The translations under genes and the position numbers were made by a program. A model generated the notes under the pieces. The model was given only the letters and a program-made list of their open reading frames with translations, was not told the origin of the DNA and ran no database searches. From the IMG/VR virus record IMGVR_UViG_3300027852_000010: DNA of 45,252 bases. One strand, 5' to 3'. The DNA is from a virus. Shown piece by piece: positions 1 to 9,011 of the stretch. How positions within the stretch are numbered: position 1 is the first letter of the stretch; each line of letters starts with the position of its first letter.

Positions 1-127
1 ATTGGAGAATGGAGGGGATTAAAGATCTTGAAGATTCTTCAGAAGTTTCTGCTCAGACTGCTGCAAAGTTAAATAACTTAGGAACCTGGATGACAGCTAA
101 TAAGCCTTCTGATGAGGATGCAATTGC
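1..127. repeat. Terminal overlap identical to 45126-45252; the window is a circularly closed 45125-bp genome
   Basis: Direct comparison shows both ends carry the same 127-nt string (attggagaatggaggggatt...gatgaggatgcaattgc). An ORF reads through the junction in frame. Confidence 0.95.
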
Positions 128-482
128 ATTAAAAGAGTACGATATGAAACTGAGGGATAGTTGGAATAAGATTAACGTAGAGTTAAATAAACCTCCTGAA
201 GGGCGCGCAGAGAATCCACTGGCTCTGGCAAACTCTGCTAATATGATTGCTGAGGAGCTTGGAGAGACAGTGGCTACTGTGGTGTTCTCAGATCGTTTTG
301 TTATTCCTGGTATGGCATCTGATGTAAAGAAGGGTGCATATAAGATTGGGGAGTTAAAGAACCCTATGACAGGACAATCTATAACTATTAAAGAACTTCG
401 AGAGCAGGCTATTGCAGATAATATGAATCTTAATGAAGCCCTTCAAATTCTCTATATTCAGAAAAGACTTAAAAAGGATTAA
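3..482 (+). CDS. C-terminal part of a junction-spanning structural-operon protein (318 aa on the circle; N-terminal part at 44651-45125)
   Basis: The frame of track ORF 9-482 is continuous with the ORF starting at ATG 44651 once the 127-nt overlap is collapsed. The gene lies between small internal-type proteins and the giant protein. Confidence 0.75.
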   Translation, partial: WRMEGIKDLEDSSEVSAQTAAKLNNLGTWMTANKPSDEDAIALKEYDMKLRDSWNKINVELNKPPEGRAENPLALANSANMIAEELGETVATVVFSDRFVIPGMASDVKKGAYKIGELKNPMTGQSITIKELREQAIADNMNLNEALQILYIQKRLKKD

Positions 483-483
483 T

Positions 484-3400
484 ATGAGCTGGCTAACTGA
501 CGTACAAGAGCAAAATAAATCTTTAAAAATAGTTGATCCACAATCCACCTTCATTCAAAATTCAAACGTAGATTTGGGAGAATCGTCTGAGAGTTCTGAG
601 AGTTCTGAAGTTCCTGAAACTTCTAAATCCTGGCTGACTACTGTTAAAGATCAGGTTAAGGAAGAGACAGATAGGGAAACAGGATTTCAGAAAGGTATGA
701 GATGGCTTAAGGAAGATTCTTTTAGTGATACCGTAGATGTATTTGCAGGTGCGCATGAAGCTACGACACAACTTCTCTGGGGAGCTCTATCATTTGAGGC
801 GTCTATTGCAGCTGGTACTGCAAGAATGAGTTACGAGAAAGCTAGAAATTTAGTGGTAGGAGATAAACGTAAGAGATCTCCAGAGAAAGTATTAGAGAAA
901 GTTCAAGATACTCAGCATTGGCTACCTGGATTACTCCCTCCTCCTAAGACACAATTAGCTAAGAGTGTTTTAGAACCTGTAGGAGACGTATTTCATTGGC
1001 TCTTTACAGGACCTAGAAAGATTGGTAAGGATATGACGAAGTTCTATGGACCTAATGCTGGATGGCTTTCAGAACAGATTCTTACTTTAGGAATGTGTAG
1101 ACTTGGGCATATAGGTGGGAAAGAGTTATCAGGTAAAATTGGAGGGATGATTAAAGATGCTAAGGGGGCTAAAGCAAAGAAGGTTGCCGCAGAGTTAGAT
1201 GCGATTCTTAAAGAGGCCCAGGGATCTAAAACTCCATCTAAATATGATACAGCTTTTCAGAAGAAGGTCAATGAGTATGAAGCAATTCTTCAAGCAGAGT
1301 GGGAATTAGAAACTGCCAAGTATGAAGCAGGTTTAAAGACTTCTGAACTTGCCTCTGCAGATCCAGGTTACGTAAAGAGTGGTAAGCCTCCAAAACTTCC
1401 TAAGATTCCTAAGGGGCGTATTATAGAGTTTGCTGAAGCTGCTAAGGAAACTCCTGAATTATCTTTAGCTGAAAAACCTACTCCAATTAAGATGACCTTA
1501 GATACTATCAATAAAGCTAAGAAACGGCGAGAGAATCTTATAAAGAATTCTATACATAAAGAAGCTCCAGTAATGACTGAAAAAGTTACTTCTACCGATT
1601 CTGGTTATACAAAGAGTAATAGACCTCTAAAACTTCATAAGATCCCTAAGAAACCTACTAAAGAATTTATTGAACCTGTTAAAGAAACTCCTAAATTATC
1701 ACCGGTTGAGAAACCTAAAGCAGTTAAGATGACTTTAGATACCCTCAATAAGGCAAAGAAGCGTCGAGGTGGTTCTGTAAAAGAGCCTATTCTAACAGAA
1801 ACACAAGCAATGCTTAAGAGAATTCCTAAGTTTGAGGATACTATAGAGGCTTATAAGTATGCAGAATCCGTAACAAAAGAACAGATGAAGGATATAGAAC
1901 TTTATAGAGAACTCTCTCTAAAGAAAGTGAAAGATCTTAAAGCTGCTGGAGATATATCAGGAGCTTTTTTAGAAAGTCAGCATAGTCAGTTATATAGAGA
2001 GGTAATAGAGCGTTATAATAATGAGGGATCAGCTAAGCGGGAAGTTTCTAAACCTTTAGATAAAACTCCAGCTAAGCCTGAGATTGCTAAAGCTGAAATC
2101 AAACTTTCAGAAAGAGCTCAGGTAGAACAGGAGGCAAATTTAGAAACTGCCCAAGATATGGGAATCTATGATAATATTAAAGAGTTACTTGGGAAGAAAA
2201 AGACTTCTCGAGAAATTCTAACAGAACTTAAGAAGGGAGAATTTTTTGAAGCGGATTTAGAAGATTTTAAGCTTACTAAACGAGATGTTGTTTCTGCAAT
2301 TCAGGCAGTACGTATAGCAGAGTTTAAAGATCCTAAGGCTGTTAAGTATTTAGAAGCTTCTATTAAGAAGGAAGCTGAGAAGGTTGAAAAATTAAAGGAG
2401 ACTAAAAAATCTGCTAAGAAAGATAGAGTTAATCCTGAGACTGGAAGAGCTCCTGGAGTGCCTACGTTAAAACGAAAGTTTGATCTTGGAACTTCTGAAA
2501 TATTAGAAACATATAAAGCTCGCCAAAAGCCTCTAACTTCATCTGAAGGAAAGATTATAAAGACCCGAAGTATTGCAGAAAAGAATGCCAGAGATCAAGG
2601 TTTAATGGGAGAGCTTGTGCGAGATTCTTCTGGAAAAGGATGGATAGTTAAATCTACTGAAAAGATAACAAAGCCAAGTAATAATGAATTACAGAAACTT
2701 CAAGAAACTTGGGATAATATTTTAGATAAAGATCTTAAGAAAGAATCTGCATCAAAAGAATCTTATGACGCAACTACATGGGACGGTCTTTTAGATTTGA
2801 TTAAGAGTGAGAAGGGCTCTGTTAAGATTGATTCTGCAGCTGTAAAAAAGACTATTAAGAAGATTCTATGGAATGAGAAAGGGTCAATGAGACCTGATGC
2901 CTTTACTCTTCCTGCTACAGAAACTATAAAACTTTTAAAACGAGTTGAGAAGAGATTAGAAAAAACTAAGTATATAAGAAACTTTAATCATAATGAGAAG
3001 CAATTAGTTGAAGAATTAATGTATATGCATACTAAAGGAAAGTTTGATTTAGATGTTACTTATGGGAAGGGGGGAATTGAAAAGAGAGTAGGTTTTTCTC
3101 CTAAGCATAAGATGGATAAATTTCCTCAAACAGAAGATACATTAGCGGGGGATATTACGAATAGAAAATCTATTCCATTTGAAGACAATTCTATGAATTC
3201 TATCTTATATGATCCCCATTATTTAGTCTCCCCTACAGGAATAAAATCAAAAGGAATAATAGTAAATCGTTTTGGAGCTTCTCAGTCTCTTAATCATTTA
3301 TGGCAGATGCTTGATTTAGCATCCGAGAATCTTTTTGCGCTTCTTAAGCCAGGCGGAAAATTAGTAGTTAAGATTCAAGACGCTACTTATCATAAAACTA

Positions 3401-5877
3401 TTCAATCTACAAATGAGATGTATAATTTTTTAGTTAGATCAGGCTTTAAACCTACAGATAAATTCTATTATCAACCTAAAAGATATTTACCTATTTCAAA
3501 GAAAGCCCTAGCAGGAACTCAAAAACATGCCAAAAAAATAGTAACTGAATTTCAGGTATATGTAAAACCTAAGAAATATTATAAGCATCCTTCAACTAGT
3601 TTATTATCAAAGAATTATAAAAAACCTACTTCAATAGAAGAACCTATTATAAATAATGTTCTAAAGAGTATTATTAAAAGTGAACGAGGTGCTATTACAA
3701 TAGATCCAGTTGATTTTAAAAAGGCCGCAGACTTCCTAAAAACTAAAGGGATGAGTACGAAGAATGCTATTAAACTTCTCAAAGCCAGAGGAATCTCAGA
3801 TGAGCTTATAATAGGATATTATAAAAAGGATGGAAAATCCTTCATTCAAAATTTAAACAAAGAACCTGTGGAATCTCAATGGTTGAAGAAGGGGCAGAAT
3901 CCTGAACAACTTTTACCCGCCAGGAATCTTAGTAAGGGTAAGAAAGCCCCAGCAGTTTCAAGAGGCGATGCTAAGATTATCGAGGAAGCTCCTGATATAG
4001 GAAGACCTCTTTTTGGAGAAAAGATTAGACATATGGCTACATCAGAAGGTCTTATGACATCTCTTGGAAAGCCTATTAGAGATACCTTTCTAAGAAGAGC
4101 TATGAAGGGAGAGAAGCAAAGTTCAGATATCCAAAAGACTCTGTTAATGGAATCTCAGAAACTTAGAAAAACCTTACCATTCTGGAAAAGAGTGAAGAGT
4201 TCTAAACGGATAGATAATTATGCGATAAGTAGGCAGAAGAATGGAGCAGATCGATTAGAAGCTATGGGAGAGAAGATTGTCACAGAGCTTTCTCCAGCTG
4301 AGATGAAAATTTATAATAGAATGCAGGAAGTTTATAAAGATCTTTATGTTAAGATTAATAAAGTTCGTAAAGCTTCTGGGCAGAAAGAGTTTCCAGCTGT
4401 TAAGAATTATTCAACTTGGATACATGATCTTAGTAAGTTGAATGAACTTGAGAAAGTATCTATGTTTGGAAGACTTGAAAGTATTCAGAAAGGTTTAAGA
4501 GCTATTCAGAAACTTCCAAGTCAGATGGATAAAACAGGAAGAGCCCCAAGTATGAAGGGGCATGAGAAGTTTCGTGGAGGTTCTGATACTCCTGGATATC
4601 TTAAGTTAGATGCTTTTGAAAACTTTAATCAATATGTAATGATGGCAGGAGATGTGCTTGGGAAGACAGAGCCATTAGCATATCTGCATGAACTTCTTCA
4701 GCCTAAGTTTGAACTTTATAAGAACGCTCCGAATACTTATAACTTTCTACGAGAATGGTTAGATTATCAGAAGGGAAGTACTCCTGAAATGTTCATCACT
4801 AATCCTAAGACTAAGAGAACTATGGCAAAGCTTAGTGGAAATGTTGCAGTATCTTATATTACCTACGCTCCAAGAAGTGTTTTGGTACAGTTCTCATCTC
4901 TTAATAATAGTATTGCTGAGATAGGAATGCCTAAAATGGTTCAGGGAATTACTAAAAGTTTAAATCCTGGAGAGTTAAAGAGAGCCGCAAGGGTATCTAA
5001 TGCTCTTACAGTTAGAACTCCAGAGACAGCTATTACTGATGCGTTAGTTGGAACTCCTACATTTCCAGGGAATGTGGGAAAGCAGATTCATAAAGCAGGA
5101 AAAGCTGTAAAGAAAGTAGGAATTATTCCACTATCTATTGCTGATAATATTGTATCTTATTCTACATGGTTAGGAGCAGAAGCTTTAGGGAGATCTAAAT
5201 TTAAGAAATCTGCTGAGTATAAAAAACTTTCAGGTAAGAAAGCTGTTAAAGCCTTAGATAAATATGGAATAGATTTTGCAGATGATGTAGTTATTCGTGC
5301 CCAGGGATCTGCCGCAAAGAGTGCTAGAGCTCCGATTCAGAGGACTGCTGAAGGAAAGTTTATTACAACTCTTCAAACATTTACTATTGCTAACTTTGAT
5401 TATCTAACTCGGCATATATTAGGAATTAAGAATCCTGATATAACTAAACCTGAACAGGTGGCAAAGACTATGCAGTGGGTAGCTACATCTGCTTTAATTT
5501 CTCAAGGCTTTGATCAGGTGGGTTGGAGATCTCCAATACCTACTCCTATTAAGGCATATCAAGAATCTATGGAGCAGACTAAGGATAAAGTTAAAGCAAT
5601 TAAGAATGCCTCAACTGAGATATTGGAGTTTATTCCTATTTATGGAGGTAAGTATAAGTTTGGAAGTGAACTTTCTGGGGCAGTTATAGATCAGCTTGTG
5701 AAGCTTGGTAAGGGAGATATGACAGCTCTTCCAAGACTTATGGGAACTCCAGGTTTTTCAACTATACTTAAAGGATATAGAGCTTATGATAGAAACGGAA
5801 CAGCGGCTGATATTCTTATGGGAAGGTATATTAAGAAACCTAAGAGTTCTCGAAGTGGAGGACTCTCAGGCTTTTAA
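484..5877 (+). CDS. Giant 1797-aa virion/ejection-type polyvalent protein with an embedded amino-methyltransferase-like domain
   Basis: It is the last and largest ORF of the plus-strand structural operon. ATG 484 follows AAGGA and lies 1 nt after the previous stop, so the track start at 433 was not used. Motifs read: LDVTYGKGG, YDPHY (DPPY-like) and LLKPGGKLVVKIQD. Lys-rich internal repeats are present. Confidence 0.75.
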   Translation: MSWLTDVQEQNKSLKIVDPQSTFIQNSNVDLGESSESSESSEVPETSKSWLTTVKDQVKEETDRETGFQKGMRWLKEDSFSDTVDVFAGAHEATTQLLWGALSFEASIAAGTARMSYEKARNLVVGDKRKRSPEKVLEKVQDTQHWLPGLLPPPKTQLAKSVLEPVGDVFHWLFTGPRKIGKDMTKFYGPNAGWLSEQILTLGMCRLGHIGGKELSGKIGGMIKDAKGAKAKKVAAELDAILKEAQGSKTPSKYDTAFQKKVNEYEAILQAEWELETAKYEAGLKTSELASADPGYVKSGKPPKLPKIPKGRIIEFAEAAKETPELSLAEKPTPIKMTLDTINKAKKRRENLIKNSIHKEAPVMTEKVTSTDSGYTKSNRPLKLHKIPKKPTKEFIEPVKETPKLSPVEKPKAVKMTLDTLNKAKKRRGGSVKEPILTETQAMLKRIPKFEDTIEAYKYAESVTKEQMKDIELYRELSLKKVKDLKAAGDISGAFLESQHSQLYREVIERYNNEGSAKREVSKPLDKTPAKPEIAKAEIKLSERAQVEQEANLETAQDMGIYDNIKELLGKKKTSREILTELKKGEFFEADLEDFKLTKRDVVSAIQAVRIAEFKDPKAVKYLEASIKKEAEKVEKLKETKKSAKKDRVNPETGRAPGVPTLKRKFDLGTSEILETYKARQKPLTSSEGKIIKTRSIAEKNARDQGLMGELVRDSSGKGWIVKSTEKITKPSNNELQKLQETWDNILDKDLKKESASKESYDATTWDGLLDLIKSEKGSVKIDSAAVKKTIKKILWNEKGSMRPDAFTLPATETIKLLKRVEKRLEKTKYIRNFNHNEKQLVEELMYMHTKGKFDLDVTYGKGGIEKRVGFSPKHKMDKFPQTEDTLAGDITNRKSIPFEDNSMNSILYDPHYLVSPTGIKSKGIIVNRFGASQSLNHLWQMLDLASENLFALLKPGGKLVVKIQDATYHKTIQSTNEMYNFLVRSGFKPTDKFYYQPKRYLPISKKALAGTQKHAKKIVTEFQVYVKPKKYYKHPSTSLLSKNYKKPTSIEEPIINNVLKSIIKSERGAITIDPVDFKKAADFLKTKGMSTKNAIKLLKARGISDELIIGYYKKDGKSFIQNLNKEPVESQWLKKGQNPEQLLPARNLSKGKKAPAVSRGDAKIIEEAPDIGRPLFGEKIRHMATSEGLMTSLGKPIRDTFLRRAMKGEKQSSDIQKTLLMESQKLRKTLPFWKRVKSSKRIDNYAISRQKNGADRLEAMGEKIVTELSPAEMKIYNRMQEVYKDLYVKINKVRKASGQKEFPAVKNYSTWIHDLSKLNELEKVSMFGRLESIQKGLRAIQKLPSQMDKTGRAPSMKGHEKFRGGSDTPGYLKLDAFENFNQYVMMAGDVLGKTEPLAYLHELLQPKFELYKNAPNTYNFLREWLDYQKGSTPEMFITNPKTKRTMAKLSGNVAVSYITYAPRSVLVQFSSLNNSIAEIGMPKMVQGITKSLNPGELKRAARVSNALTVRTPETAITDALVGTPTFPGNVGKQIHKAGKAVKKVGIIPLSIADNIVSYSTWLGAEALGRSKFKKSAEYKKLSGKKAVKALDKYGIDFADDVVIRAQGSAAKSARAPIQRTAEGKFITTLQTFTIANFDYLTRHILGIKNPDITKPEQVAKTMQWVATSALISQGFDQVGWRSPIPTPIKAYQESMEQTKDKVKAIKNASTEILEFIPIYGGKYKFGSELSGAVIDQLVKLGKGDMTALPRLMGTPGFSTILKGYRAYDRNGTAADILMGRYIKKPKSSRSGGLSGF
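1360..1767 (+). repeat. Two diverged 171-nt (57-aa) direct repeats inside the giant ORF (1360-1530 and 1597-1767, period 237 nt)
   Basis: The aligned peptides are DPGYVKSGKPPKLPKIPK...KMTLDTINKAKKRR and DSGYTKSNRPLKLHKIPK...KMTLDTLNKAKKRR. Confidence 0.85.
3040..3580 (+). other. Methyltransferase-like domain within the giant ORF (approximate bounds)
   Basis: The motif order is motif I-like DVTYGKGG (3052), then DPHY (3211-3222), then LKPGGKLVV. This order matches gamma-class or RsmD-type amino-methyltransferases. Confidence 0.55.
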
Positions 5878-5879
5878 GG

Positions 5880-6233
5880 TTAATCGTTATACTTATTCTT
5901 TATCAGAGCTTTTAGGACAATCTTAAGATCCTCAGATGTCCATTCATTCTGAGTGTCAATAAGATTTATAAGATCTGCACTAAAGGTTCTGATAGACATT
6001 TTTTCTGTTTCTGTTTCTGTTTCTGTTTCTTCAATTACCGTACTTGATTCAAATTCTATCAGAAGATCTACTTCATGTTTAATCTTTAGAAGATCATTAT
6101 GTTTCTTTCTACAGAGTCTTTTAATAATACATCCCTCAAGAAATCCTAATCCATTCTTAGTACTAAACTCCGCAGGCTGAATAGTAAATTTCTTATAATG
6201 ATCTCCTCCAATCTGAATCTCAAGTGCACTCAT
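5880..6233 (-). CDS. DUF3310-like small phage protein with an internal (ET)4 linker
   Basis: The N-terminus QIGGDHYKKFTIQPAEF...FLEGCIIKRLCRKK resembles the DUF3310 signature. ATGA overlap with the upstream gene. Confidence 0.6.
   Translation of the reverse strand: MSALEIQIGGDHYKKFTIQPAEFSTKNGLGFLEGCIIKRLCRKKHNDLLKIKHEVDLLIEFESSTVIEETETETETEKMSIRTFSADLINLIDTQNEWTSEDLKIVLKALIKNKYND
6007..6030. repeat. (GTTTCT)4 hexanucleotide microsatellite encoding ETETETET on the minus strand
   Basis: Read directly from the sequence. Confidence 0.95.
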
Positions 6234-6802
6234 GATACCACTCCTCTTTTAATAAGTTCTTTATAACATCTATAAGTTGCCCGAATATCTTCTAAAGCAT
6301 CATGTGCCGGAAATTTTTCCTGAAATAAAAAGTGATAAAGCTCAGTAAGCTTCGGCCACTTATACTTATATTTACCAGGAATCTTACAAAGTTCTGTAGA
6401 AGATTTCATAGTACATATGATAGGAAGTTTCTTTAGAACTTCTATTTCATAGTTATCTTGATTTCGCGCCAGAAGAAATTCTACCATCTTAATGTCAAAA
6501 GATATATTATGTCCTATAATTATTTCTGCCTGACTAAGATAATATTTGATATTAGCAGCTATAAGATATTCTGGAATCCCTATATTATCTGCAACTTCTA
6601 CAGAAATCCCATGAACCCTTTCCGCACCAGGATGAATAACTCTTCCATCTGCCCGTATCATAAAACAACTTTGACTTTGAATCTTATTATCAACTTCTAA
6701 TATTATCCCTATCTGAATAACCCAGGCTTGATCAGGGTGATCTGCAGAAATATTTCCTTTCGGAAAGCCACTTGTCTCTGTATCAAAGAATAATTTTTTC
6801 AT
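6230..6802 (-). CDS. DEDDh 3'-5' exonuclease (DnaQ/RNase T-like)
   Basis: Motifs read: FFDTETSG (Exo I), IIGHNISFD (Exo II) and HDALEDI (Exo III, H-x4-D). SD AAGGAGAAG precedes the ATG. Confidence 0.8.
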   Translation of the reverse strand: MKKLFFDTETSGFPKGNISADHPDQAWVIQIGIILEVDNKIQSQSCFMIRADGRVIHPGAERVHGISVEVADNIGIPEYLIAANIKYYLSQAEIIIGHNISFDIKMVEFLLARNQDNYEIEVLKKLPIICTMKSSTELCKIPGKYKYKWPKLTELYHFLFQEKFPAHDALEDIRATYRCYKELIKRGVVS

Positions 6803-6803
6803 A

Positions 6804-7262
6804 CTACTTCTCCTTTAAGTTAAATGTTCTTACAGTTAATCGATCATTATTCATAGCAACTATCAATCTTGACTCTTCATCATAGAACTCATCTTCAGCA
6901 CAGACTATTTCTGAAATCCCCGCTAAGATAATAAGCCTTAAACAACTCTTACATGGGATACATGTAGATATGTATAAAGTACCTCCTTGGGTAGCTACTC
7001 CTCTATAAGCCGCCACTGCTATACACTTCGCCTCTGCATGAATAGCTGGACATACGTCTAAACCCTCTCCAGATTGATGCCCCAAAGATCTTTTGTAACA
7101 GGAATCTTTACACTTCGTATCATGCTGAAGAGTAGTATTCCATCCTTCAACTAAGAATGCTCCGGCAGAATCTGTAATTAGTACTCCTACTTTCCTACCA
7201 TGACATACAGAGCGTTTAGCAAGGTCCATAACATTCTTATAATAAAACTTATCACTGCTCAT
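6804..7262 (-). CDS. dCMP (deoxycytidylate) deaminase
   Basis: Zinc-binding motifs HAEAKCI and PCKSCLRLI at the spacing typical of the CDA/dCMP deaminase fold. Confidence 0.8.
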   Translation of the reverse strand: MSSDKFYYKNVMDLAKRSVCHGRKVGVLITDSAGAFLVEGWNTTLQHDTKCKDSCYKRSLGHQSGEGLDVCPAIHAEAKCIAVAAYRGVATQGGTLYISTCIPCKSCLRLIILAGISEIVCAEDEFYDEESRLIVAMNNDRLTVRTFNLKEK

Positions 7263-7465
7263 TTGAGATTTTTACCTCCAGTATTTACTAATGGTTTACT
7301 CACTTGAGACTTTGTTACAGATAGTTCTTTTTGGCGTAGCTTAAGTTCATTTGAAATTAAATCTAAGATATCAGATAAAACTTCTTTAATAATATCATGT
7401 TGAGATTGCCGAGAAGTTTTAATCCGCTTAATCTTTTCTCCTATCTTAACTAATTCTTTTTCCAT
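7259..7465 (-). CDS. Hypothetical protein (68 aa)
   Basis: SD TAAGGAGGTATAG lies before ATG 7465. ATGA overlap with the downstream gene. Confidence 0.7.
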   Translation of the reverse strand: MEKELVKIGEKIKRIKTSRQSQHDIIKEVLSDILDLISNELKLRQKELSVTKSQVSKPLVNTGGKNLK

Positions 7466-7475
7466 CTATACCTCC

Positions 7476-7787
7476 TTAAGAAATTAATATTTTAACATAT
7501 GATAATAGTTTCTGGTTAACTTTCTTAAACTGTTCTGAGATTTGATAAATCTTTATCATATCCTGAATAACTTCTGATATATCCAGTGGATGTGATATCT
7601 TCTTTAAGACCTCTGCTTGCATTAGCCATTCTTGATGTGCCGGAAGTTCCCATGTTAGATTTATATTATTCTCAAGATAATACATACATTTTGAAGTTTT
7701 CTCAAAAAGATTCATATCAGATTCATGAGAGCGTTCGCAGAAGATTGTATGTAAGATTTCTGCTAATTTTTTATTATCCTGAGACAT
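7476..7787 (-). CDS. Hypothetical protein (103 aa)
   Basis: SD AAAGGAGGTGAATAAGAT lies before the ATG. The gene sits in the operon between the NTPase and deaminase genes. Confidence 0.75.
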   Translation of the reverse strand: MSQDNKKLAEILHTIFCERSHESDMNLFEKTSKCMYYLENNINLTWELPAHQEWLMQAEVLKKISHPLDISEVIQDMIKIYQISEQFKKVNQKLLSYVKILIS

Positions 7788-7790
7788 ATC

Positions 7791-9011
7791 TTATTCACCT
7801 CCTTTGTTTGATTTTTGAACACAGTCATCAGGTTTATAGATTATTATAGTCTTCCCACGGGAACTTGAGACTGTATCTATAAAATCTGCTGTCTTTAAAG
7901 CTTGTAAGTATTCATCTAAATCTCCTTCACTCATATACATTAGAAATTCCTTCATTAATATATCCTTAGATACCTCCTCATTTATTGCAATAAAGTGCAT
8001 TAGACGTTTGAGATTTTCTGCCTTACTAAACTCCCCTGCATACTGAAAAGTTCTTGGCATTTTTACCTCAGTTTCTTCTAAGAAACGTATAGATTCTTTT
8101 AAGTGATCTTCTGTAATAATCATATCATCTGACTCAGCTGCAGACATTACCATGCTGAGTTTAAATAGATGTGTAGGACGTCTTTCCCAGTAATTCCCAA
8201 AGTGAATAGGATCAAGAGTGCTTTCTTCTGGATAGTTTCCATACCAATCTGACCAATATTGTAGAAAACCTTTAGTAACTTTAAAGTCCCCTCGTAGTGA
8301 TCTAATCTTTGTAAGATCCTCAATAAGATCTTTTTCTAAAGCTATTCCCTCTTCTGAGAGAGTGAAGAATGGACATACTATTCGCTTCTTTATTCTCTCT
8401 TCATATATAAAGATGATCCTACTTGTAAGACCTATTCCAATTGTTTCAGTTGACATTGTTTCTTTAATCTGATTAGGAGTTGTCGCCCCAATGAGAGTTA
8501 GGAAAACCCCTATAACTTCTTCTACATCTCTTGATATAGTTTCATATCGGAAGAGATCTAAGCAGTCATAGAAGTTACAGAGATTTGAAATTAACTCTTT
8601 GTTAGCAAAGCCTAGGAAGACTGCCAGTTCTGGAGAGAATGCTGTAACAGATGAGTGACTTTCAAAATAGCCTTCCTCAGAAGATTCCTCTGTATAAGTA
8701 CTCTCACTCATTCTTCTAATCAGAGCTTGAAGAGATGTAGTGTCACTGATAAGAGATATATTCATCTTATCAATAAACTTCCGAGCGAAAGCCATCGCAG
8801 TTCCTTTACGAGCTCTTCCTGGAGGAGCTACTAAAACCAGATAAAAGTTAGGATAGAAAACTAATGATCCCCAGTTTAATCTGCATTTTCTCTGAAGTGC
8901 TGAAGATATGACAGATACTCCCATCCATTCTTGAAATTTTGTAGGAGGCTCTGAATCATGACAATAGTGTACGTAACTTTTAAGCCAGTTTTTACAGAGT
9001 CTCTTAGACAT
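7791..9011 (-). CDS. Putative P-loop NTPase, DUF3987/D5-like replicative helicase candidate
   Basis: Motifs read: NFYLVLVAPPGRARKGTAM (deviant Walker A) and SRIIFIYEE (Walker B-like). The start overlaps the polymerase stop by 8 nt. Confidence 0.5.
   Translation of the reverse strand: MSKRLCKNWLKSYVHYCHDSEPPTKFQEWMGVSVISSALQRKCRLNWGSLVFYPNFYLVLVAPPGRARKGTAMAFARKFIDKMNISLISDTTSLQALIRRMSESTYTEESSEEGYFESHSSVTAFSPELAVFLGFANKELISNLCNFYDCLDLFRYETISRDVEEVIGVFLTLIGATTPNQIKETMSTETIGIGLTSRIIFIYEERIKKRIVCPFFTLSEEGIALEKDLIEDLTKIRSLRGDFKVTKGFLQYWSDWYGNYPEESTLDPIHFGNYWERRPTHLFKLSMVMSAAESDDMIITEDHLKESIRFLEETEVKMPRTFQYAGEFSKAENLKRLMHFIAINEEVSKDILMKEFLMYMSEGDLDEYLQALKTADFIDTVSSSRGKTIIIYKPDDCVQKSNKGGE

Noticed and set aside
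433-483. Track start of the giant ORF at 433, and similar upstream extensions at 31594, 30762, 21662, 25235 and 26415
   Set aside because: In each case an internal ATG has a proper SD or a stop-start overlap with the preceding gene, and the extension overlaps the upstream gene or a regulatory motif.
484-5877. Giant ORF (or the 670-aa ORF at 21665-23677) as a hidden virion RNA polymerase explaining the 24-nt motif
   Set aside because: I could not find T7/N4-type motifs (Rx3Kx7YG, HDS) or a double-psi-barrel DxDxD / NADFDGD-like metal site. IDFADD at about 5270 does not fit. This remains possible only through very remote homology, which I cannot assess by eye.
484-5877. Giant ORF as a tape-measure protein of a long-tailed phage
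   Set aside because: It is the last gene of the operon rather than being followed by distal-tail or baseplate genes. No chaperone frameshift pair, tail tube or sheath candidates precede it.
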